Source: Prorocentrum cordatum (lineage: Eukaryota). Taken from it: a stretch of DNA of 64,000 nt. A program made the translations under genes and the position numbers. Shown here in pieces: positions 54,081 to 64,000 of the stretch (the stretch's first letter is position 1; each line of letters starts with the position of its first letter). The stretch is taken from positions 1-64,000 of the forward strand of contig CAUYUJ010000173.1 in NCBI GenBank assembly GCA_963575745.1. The letters are read 5' to 3'. A model generated the notes under the pieces. It was not told where the DNA came from and ran no database searches. It worked only from the letters and a program-made list of their open reading frames with translations.

Positions 54081-54494
54081 AACTTTGGGCGATCGCGGCC
54101 TCGCGCGCAGCAACGAGCCGGAGCAGGTCGAGCAGAGGGCGTAGAGCTGACGCGCGCGACCGGGCCCTCGGGCGCGGGGCCATGCTGGATCGACCGCACG
54201 TGTCCACCCAGGCAGGGCGGGGAGAGGGAAAATCGAGGCAGCGTCCGCGGACGGAGGCGGCGGCGCCCGGCACCACGACGCCACGAGCCCGAGCCAGCCT
54301 CGGGCTCGTGGCGTCGCTCGTCGGAGACGTGGGCGAGAGCCGCCCACGTTGGAGGGGCCGGCGGAGGCCGCGGAGGAGCCACGGCGGAGCCCAGAGTCAT
54401 GTCGGGCGCGTCCCCCTACAGGGGGACTTTCGACGAAAAACAAAAACATAAAATACCCAAAAAAGGTAAAAGATACAAAACAAACAGGAAAAAC

Positions 54495-54527
<33 letters not shown>

Positions 54528-55159
54528 TATTCCCCTGACTATTCTTGGACTATGTTTGGTGTATGTTTTATGTTTCGTCGAAAATCCCCCTGTAGGGGGG
54601 ACAGGCCCGACTTAAGCCCAGAGGTGGGAGGGCGGGGTGGGGGAGCTGCAGCAGCGCAGAGCTGCAGGGAGGAGGGGCGCGTGGCCGCTCCTGGCTGGCG
54701 CTCGGGGCGAAGCGGGGGAACTCGGCCGCGAGGGATCCCCAGAGGGGCCCCGCTTCTGCGAGCTGGCCTCCCCGGCAGAGCCAAGCGATCCCGGAGGATG
54801 GATCCAGGCGGGGACCCCCCACCAGGAAAGGACTGAGCTGGTCGCCCGTCGTGCAGAGGGCAGTGTCCGTGGGCACATACGTATACACACGTGCATAGAT
54901 CTGCAGAGAAAGAGAAAGAGAGAGAGAGAGAGAGATTCTACTCATAACTTGAAAACTCGCCCGCACGCGCACGCATGCCGCACGACCCACCCCCCAAACT
55001 GGAATCGAGTCGAATGCAAGGGTACGGGGGTGGCGTCCTGACCCAAAACGGCGACGCACGGAGTGCTCGACACATGCTCCCTCTGCATCCTCGCTCTCCC
55101 CCCGCCGCCCGATCTGCATGGGCATGCAGCTTAGGCTTGCACAGAACGGTGTTACTGAG

Positions 55160-55329
55160 TATCGTTTAACCGATCCCTATCCCCAGCGGCGTGGCCTGGG
55201 CCCCACTGGCCGATTTACCCCCCTAGATGGGGATATGGGTCGCTCCCTTCGGGTTTCGAGGGGCACATCCCCAGCTGGGGTGGTAAGTTGGTGGGGGTCT
55301 CGAAGGGGATGGGGATCGTTGAAACGATA
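55160..55329. mobile_element. MITE with a 5-bp TSD
   Basis: TATCGTTT...GATCCC.ATCCCC / GGGGATGGGGATC...AAACGATA flanked by CTGAG. Confidence 0.65.
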
Positions 55330-55485
55330 CTGAGTTACTGAGCCTTCCTACAAACACACACACACACCTCCTCCTCCTGTTCCTCCTCCTCATCCCCCTC
55401 CTCCTCCTCCTCCTCCTCCTCCTCCTCCTCCTCCTCCTCCTCCTCCTCCTCCCCCTCCTCCTCCTCCTCCTCCTCCTCCAGCAGC

Positions 55486-55611
55486 CCTCCACATCACTGG
55501 CTGGTCCTCCAGGGGGGGCCAGAGGTACGGAGGGGCCTGCGGGCCCGGCGGCTGCGGGGTCTCCAGCCTCTTGATGCGCTCCAGCTCGGCGGCCAGCTCG
55601 GCCATCGCGTC
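55486..55611 (-). CDS. Channel gene exon E2: DAMAELAAELERIKRLETPQPPGPQAPPYLWPPLEDQPVMWR
   Basis: 126 nt, CAG|G acceptor, AGG|GC donor, GC3-rich codons, phase 0/0; leads in frame into the pre-S1 exon. Confidence 0.7.
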
Positions 55612-56692
55612 CTGACCGGGGCGGCCTCTGCGGACCCCCATCAGAAGGCCGCACGGTAGGGATGCAAGGGCCTTGGAAGCCCACTGCGAAGCTTTTCGAG
55701 CGGGGCGAGGCCAACGAAAGCAGCCAAGGGTGGACCGACGAGGCAAGGATGCAAGGCCACCCTCACTCTGCGGGTTGAGCGCACGATGTTCTACCACAGA
55801 ACCCCTGCTTTCCATCGATATCATCGGCCGTACTCCATGCTCTGGCGGTCTTTGGCAATCTTCGGCCATCTCTGGTGGTCTCTGGCGGTCTTCCGCGCGA
55901 AAGCTGGACGGATGCGTTCCACAAGAGGCCCATGAGCGTGCCAAGCAAGACTGGAATGGCTCCGTGCTCGAGCTGGTCTTGCGGCTGCGCTCGCGCCTGC
56001 CAGAATGACAAGACACGGCATCAGCATTAGCTTTCGGCAGTCCGCGCGGATTTCTTGAGTCGGCGCTGACCCCCTCCTGGCGCGCGAAGCGGTCAGCGAG
56101 CAAGAGGGGAGTCCAGCGGCGACCCAAGAAGCTCGCGCGGACCCCCCGAAGGTGACATTCATGCAAATTGCCTGAAGAAGTGGGTAAAAACATGAGGTAG
56201 GAAGGCGTTGAGAGTATTTTCGGGTTCCGCCCGCCCCCTAAAAAGGAGGGAAGAGGGGAAAGCCACCCGACTCCTGTCACAGGAAGGCGCATAAAGCATG
56301 CTGGCATCTGGGGAGAGCATGCTACGCATGGAATGAATTGCATGGAACAAACTGCACTGGATCCGTGAGTGGATCAATCAAAATTAATGATGCGATGATT
56401 CCCCTTTCGATTTCGAGCTGGCTATGATGCCCGCTCGTGCCCACCGACCGATGGGCACCTCTGCCTCTCCTCCTCCTCCTCCTCCTCCTCCTCCTCCTCC
56501 TCCTCCTCCTCCTCCTCCTCCTTCTCCTCCTCCTCCTCCTCCATCACCACCTCTCCCCCCTTTCTCGCCGTTATCCTCCCCCTGACAGGGTCGTCACCCA
56601 CCTTATGTTCCTAAGCCTCCTCGTAATCGCTCTCCCCCCTCTTTCCACCACCAAGCCTGCTTCATACCTATATATATATATATATATATATA

Positions 56693-58533
<1,841 letters not shown>

Positions 58534-58616
58534 ATATATAAAATATACATGCATACAACATACATACATACATACATACATACATACATACATACATACA
58601 TACATACATACATACA

Positions 58617-58648
<32 letters not shown>

Positions 58649-58668
58649 CATATATATATATATATATA

Positions 58669-61114
58669 CTAGAACCATCGCGCGCGCTTCGCGCGCGCTC
58701 AAGTTCTAGCCCAGGCCGGGGGAGCGCTGGAAGATCTTGGACAGCGCTATCTAGCACAGGCGCGTGACATAGTCGTGCCTCCTGGGGGCCTCTTGGGGAC
58801 CTCTTGGGTCTTCGTGGGGGCATCTGAAGGACTTCTGGGGGGTTCTCCGTGCTTCCTCAATTTGCTGTTGGAGGCATCTCGTGGGTGCTTCTTGGGGGGC
58901 GTCTTGGGGCTTCTTGGGGTCCCTTCTTGGGAGCATCGTCGGGGTTCTCCGGGCAGTCGGAAGGTGATGTTCTGCAATCTGAAGCCGTCATTGGCCGTCT
59001 TGGCTGCGTGGAGGCCCGACTTGAGGGCGCCTGGGGCCACGCTGAAGCAATCCGGAAGCCTCCCGGGGGCCTCCTGCAGACAGTTTTAATGCATCGAGGG
59101 CGCTGCTGGGCAATCTTGGAGCCTCTTGTACGTCTCCTTGGGGCCTCTTGGAAGGCTTATTCCTCGTCGGACCACTTGGGGACTCTTGGGGCCTTCTCTG
59201 GGCTTTTAGGGCGGAAGACTCTGCTGTTGGGTTCGCGTTCACATTCTTGGGCCTCTCTTGGGACCGTTTTGGAGCCCTCTCGGGCCGTCTTGGGCGCCTC
59301 AGGCACTGTATTGGGGCCTCGTGGGCCGTCTTGGGGCCCTCTTGGAAGCCTCTTCGGCTATCGTGGAACGGTCTTGGGGCCTCTTGGGCCGTCTTGGAGC
59401 GTCGGGATGTCAAAAGGCTGAAACGCTAAAGTGCACCAAAAACCAAAAGGAAAATCCGTGATCTTGGCTTCTTGGGGCCCTTTTGGGAGTGCGGGCCACC
59501 CGGAGGACATCTTGGGCGTGTTAGAACGTTAACTCCGCGATAGTAGGCCTCCTGGGGGCCTCTCTCATAGTATGCCTCCGGGAGGCCTCTCGCGGCCCTT
59601 TTCATCTGTGTTGAAGCTGTCTTGAGCGGTCCGGAAGCGTCCATGGCGCCCCGACACCCCCATTGCGCGTCGGGCCCCCCCCGCCTCGGTGCGAGATCGA
59701 ACACTGGAAGGTGAGGCGGCAACGTGCTCCGGCAGCGCGTTTCCGGAGCATGTTCGGGGGACCTGGGTAGGCAGTTGTGAAGCCTCTCGGAGGCCGTTTT
59801 GGAGACTCTGGTGGGCCGCCCAGGGCACTCTTGGAAGCCTCTTCGGCTATCTTGGAGCTGTCTTGGAGGCCTCTTCCTCCTCCTCGTCCCCCTCCTCCTC
59901 CTCCCACTCCAGCTCTCTCTCCTCCTGATCTTCCTCCTCCTCCTGCAGCGTGTTCTGGAAGGCTCCCGCCGGAACATGCTCTGCACAAGTGCTGTCACTG
60001 CTCCCGCCACCGTGCCCTGGGTGGTGGGTCAATGGCCTCATGGGTGGTGGTTTGGATCTCGTGGTTGGCCTGTCGGGGACGTCGTGAAGGCAGTTTCACA
60101 ACTTCCTGGCAGCCGTTTTGGGACAGTTGTGGGACCTCCTCGGAGCTGTTTTGTGGCCTCTGTAGGCCTCGTGTGGGCCTCCTGGGTGCCTCTTGGGGGC
60201 CTCCTGGGGCCTCTAGGGGCACTCTTCAAGCGGGAGGGTCGAATTTGGGAGTCGTGGTCCCCCTCTTGGGCGCATCTTGGGGCCGTCTTGGGGCTCTGTT
60301 GGCCTGTCTGGGCGACTCTGGGGCCGTCTTGGGGCCCTCTTGGGCCGTCTTGGGGCGCTCTTGGGGGCCTATTGAGCCGCCTTGGAACGTCGGACAGCCG
60401 AAAAGGCTGGAAGGCCAAAATCGTGCGAAAACCTTAGTAAAATGACGATTTCGGCCTCTTGAAGCGCTCTGGAGAGGCGTCTTGAAGCGTCGTGGAGGCC
60501 TCGTGTGGGCCTCCTGGGTGCCTCTTGGGGGCCTCCTGGGGCCTCTAGGGGCGCTCTTCAAGCAGGAGGGTCGAATTTGGGAGTCGTGGTCCCCCTCTTG
60601 GGCGCATCTTGGGGCCGTCTTGGGGCTCTGTTGGCCTGTCTTGAGCGACTCTGGGGCCGTCTTGGGGCCCTCTTGGGCCGTCTTGGGGCGCTCTTGGGGG
60701 CCTATTGAGCCGTCTTGGAACGTCGGACAGCCGAAAAGGCTGGAAGGCCAAAATCAATCGAAAACCTTAGTAAAATTGACGATTTCGGCCTCTTGAAGCG
60801 CTCTGGAGAGGCGTCTTGAAGCGTCGTGGAGTGCCTTGTGGAGCCTCTCCGGCCGTCTTGGGCCTATCTAGGGTGTCCTGGAGCGGTCTTTCGTCGACTC
60901 GGGCCCCGCTTGGGACGTCTTGGGAGCGTATGGAGGCCCTCCTGGACTATTTTGGACCTCCCTGGCCGCCCCGTCCTCCCACGGGGGGTCGGAGGCGGCG
61001 GCCTCGGAGGCCCAGGACGCGGAAACCCTGTAAAAACACAGAGAAAGTGAGCCCCGTGGCCCCCATGGGGGTCCGAGGCACCAATCTGGCGGCCCCAGGC
61101 CCCGTTCCCCGGTG
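58669..61114 (-). mobile_element. Non-autonomous Helitron-like element inserted in (TA)n; CCAAG-rich body with an internal tandem duplication of about 333 bp (60164-60830)
   Basis: Minus-strand 3' end GCGCGCGC-GAA-GCGCGCGC hairpin, then CTAG|T; (TA)n on both flanks; 5' TC not seen. Confidence 0.55.
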
Positions 61115-61199
61115 TATATATATATATATATATATATAGTATCATCATCCTTTTCCTCCCCCTCCTCCCTTCCCACCACCAAACATGTTTCATATCTCC

Positions 61200-61282
61200 T
61201 CCTCATCCTCCTCCTCCTCCTCCTCCTCCTCCTCCTCCTCCTCCTCCTACTCCTCCTCACCACCACCACCACCACCACCACC

Positions 61283-61340
<58 letters not shown>

Positions 61341-61386
61341 GCAGCATCAGCATCAGCATCAGCATCAGCATCAGCATCAGCATCAG

Positions 61387-61455
<69 letters not shown>

Positions 61456-61593
61456 CATCATCCTCATCATCCTCAGCATCCTCATCATCATCATCATCAT
61501 CATCATCATCGTCATCAGCATCATCATCAGCATCATCATCAGCATCATCAGCAGCAGCATCATCAGCATCATCCTCATCACCATCATCATCAT

Positions 61594-61654
<61 letters not shown>

Positions 61655-62400
61655 TTCTTCAGCATCATCAGCATCATCAGCAGCATCATCATCAGCAGCA
61701 TCATCATCATCAGCAACAGCAGCAGTATCATCACCATCAGCATCATCAGCATCATCATCAGCACCATCATCAGCATCAGCAGCAGCATCATCATCCTAGT
61801 CATCATCATCGTCATCAGCATCATCATAATCATCATCATGATCATATCCATCATCATCAGCGGCATCATCATAAACATCAGCTTCAGCATCAGCATCAAC
61901 ATAACCAGCATCAGCATCATCATCAGAATCGTCATCGCCGCCATCAGCATCATAATCATAGTCGGTAGAATCATCAACACCATCAGCATCATCATCAGCA
62001 GCATCATCATCGCCATCAGGACCAGCATCAGCATCATCATCATCATCATCGCCATCATCAGCATAATATTCATCATCAGCATCATCAGCGTAATAAACAT
62101 CAGCCGCACCAGCGTCAGCATCATCATCAGCGCTAGCAGCATCAGCAGCAGCAGTCATAGCATCAGCAGCAGCAGCATCATCAGCAGCATCATCATCATC
62201 AGCAGCATCCTCATAACCATCAGAATCAACATCATCATCATCAACAGCATCATCCTCATCATCCGCATCATCGTCATCGGCATCATCAGCATGGTCATCA
62301 TCATCGTCAGCATCATCATCAGCAGCAGCATCATCCTCATCAGCACCGTCATTCTCATCATCATCAGCATCATCATCAACAGCAGCATCATCAGCATCAT
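61200..62400. repeat. (CCT)n/(CAC)n/(CAT)n microsatellite
   Basis: Direct. Confidence 0.95.
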
Positions 62401-62885
62401 TTTATTCTTATTCATCAATACCCTCCTCCTCCTCCTCGTCACCGATCCTCCTTCTGCCCACTCCCCGTCCCCTAGTTCCTCCTCCCTCATCCCTCCTCCC
62501 CCCTACTATTCACTATCCTCATCATTGTTGTCCCTCTGAAAAATGACCAGCGGCACAAGTCGACACAGCGAGGGCCCTTGCTGTATTGTGCCTGGTGGCC
62601 CCTGGTCGGGCCCTCTGGGCATTGCAGACGGAGCGCTGGAAACACCCACATCCGCATCACTGTGTACACGCCAGGTCACTCCAAGGATTTCAACCAAACG
62701 AAAGAACCAATGAACGAAGGAGGGAAGCGGGGGGGGGGAAGGGAGAGGGATGAGAAAGCCGACGAACTGCTCAAGCAAGCAAGCGAGTGCGCACGAGCAG
62801 GCGGGCGAGAGAAGAAGAAGCGGGGTGTCAGTTTCGCGGGAGGAGCGAGACGACTGACTAAGACCCGATCAGGGGGCGCGGTGGC

Positions 62886-62937
62886 CTGCTTCTTCCTGTC
62901 CAGCGCCTCGAGCTCGTCTTCTACGGGCCTTCGTCGC
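62886..62937 (-). CDS. Channel gene exon E1 (first exon visible): RRRPVEDELEALDRKKQ, coiled-coil-like
   Basis: AG|G acceptor (alternative start 62928) and CAG|GC donor; joins E2 in frame to give a continuous amphipathic helix DELEALDRKKQ-DAMAELAAELERIKRL. Confidence 0.6.
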
Positions 62938-64000
62938 CTCCGCAGAGCAGGCTGGATGGCCCATCGGCAAGGCGCAAAGATGAAGTGTTCGGTCACTTCA
63001 AGTGCCAGGGGGGGAGAACAACCAACGAAGCCTGTCAGAGGCACACAACACAACATTATGAGTATTGCGACGAGGGCACGTGTGGCCTGATCGTATGCGG
63101 TTCTTATGCGGCTATACGTAGGCATGTACATAGGGTAGCAACTTCATGACGAGTGTGCCCGTTCCTCTGTTCGGGCTGTTCCCTCGCGTTCAGGTTGCGA
63201 ATATGTTTGGCTGCCCGTCGGCCCCTAGCCCTCGGGGAGACCAGCCGCGGGCGAAGGGGAAGGAGAGCTCAAAGGAGATCGGTGACGTCGTCGCCTAGAG
63301 ACGTTCCAGTCGGACCTGGGCCAGAAGAGCATCCCTCAAGAACACGAGACCCTCCATCAGCCAAAACGCACAGACCAGCCAAAGGTATCCCCCCCGGGAT
63401 GCACAGGAACATCCTACGAACACGAAGAGCATTGGTGTACCCTCCCTGAACCGACCTCGATCTTATACCTGGGTCCGACTGTACATGAACATGCCGAGAC
63501 CAATGAACAAGCAGGTGCGAATGGTCTGTTCCGCATATGAACCAAGGCCACGCTGACGGCGATGCTGGTCAACGGTGATGTTGGGAATATGGTCTTTACG
63601 ACGTCGAACTCGCGCAGAACAAATTGTAGGAACGCGTGAGCAACGCTTCCCTACGAGTGGGGTGCCCACGAACCACCCCCACCTACAATACCGAAACCTG
63701 CATCGCCGTCTACGGATGAAGTTCCTCCGAAGCGCCAGCGGGTTACAGCCAGCGGTGAAACGTCGAGAAGGGTTACTGCCAGCCAGGGTGAATGTCGAGA
63801 AGGTCAGTTTACCTTTGTGTACAGCCAGCCCATACAAGAAGGATGCACAAGAAGGATGCAAGGGTCTTGGAAGGCAATGTAGACACTTTGCGAGCGGGGC
63901 TCGGCCAGCGGAAGCGGCCAAGGACGGGCCAAAGGAGGAGTATGCAAGAGGAACCTTGGAAAGTCGCTGATCCTCGCTATGCGGCTCGACTGTACAGCCA

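Overview
Eukaryotic, GC-rich, microsatellite-laden DNA. The GC/GA splice donors, AG|G acceptors, multi-kb introns and repeat types point to a dinoflagellate (Prorocentrum-like; inference). Almost every long ORF in the supplied track is a microsatellite artefact. The real coding signal is one minus-strand gene spanning the whole window: 11 small exons (about 1.04 kb, 62937 to 488, open at both ends). They splice in frame to a voltage-gated-channel-like protein with a coiled-coil N-terminus and two voltage-sensor domains (S1-S4) directly in tandem, with no pore between them, followed by an S4-S5 linker. The pore would lie left of the window. The introns hold a nested 3-4 exon fragment of an unrelated gene, decayed RNase H-bearing LINE pieces, a decayed DIRS-like element, several MITE families (some with clean target-site duplications), Helitron/Helentron-like non-autonomous elements with head-to-tail junctions, a 770-bp palindrome, mini- and microsatellites, and one 100-N gap. 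All exon boundaries were inferred by eye, without transcript data.
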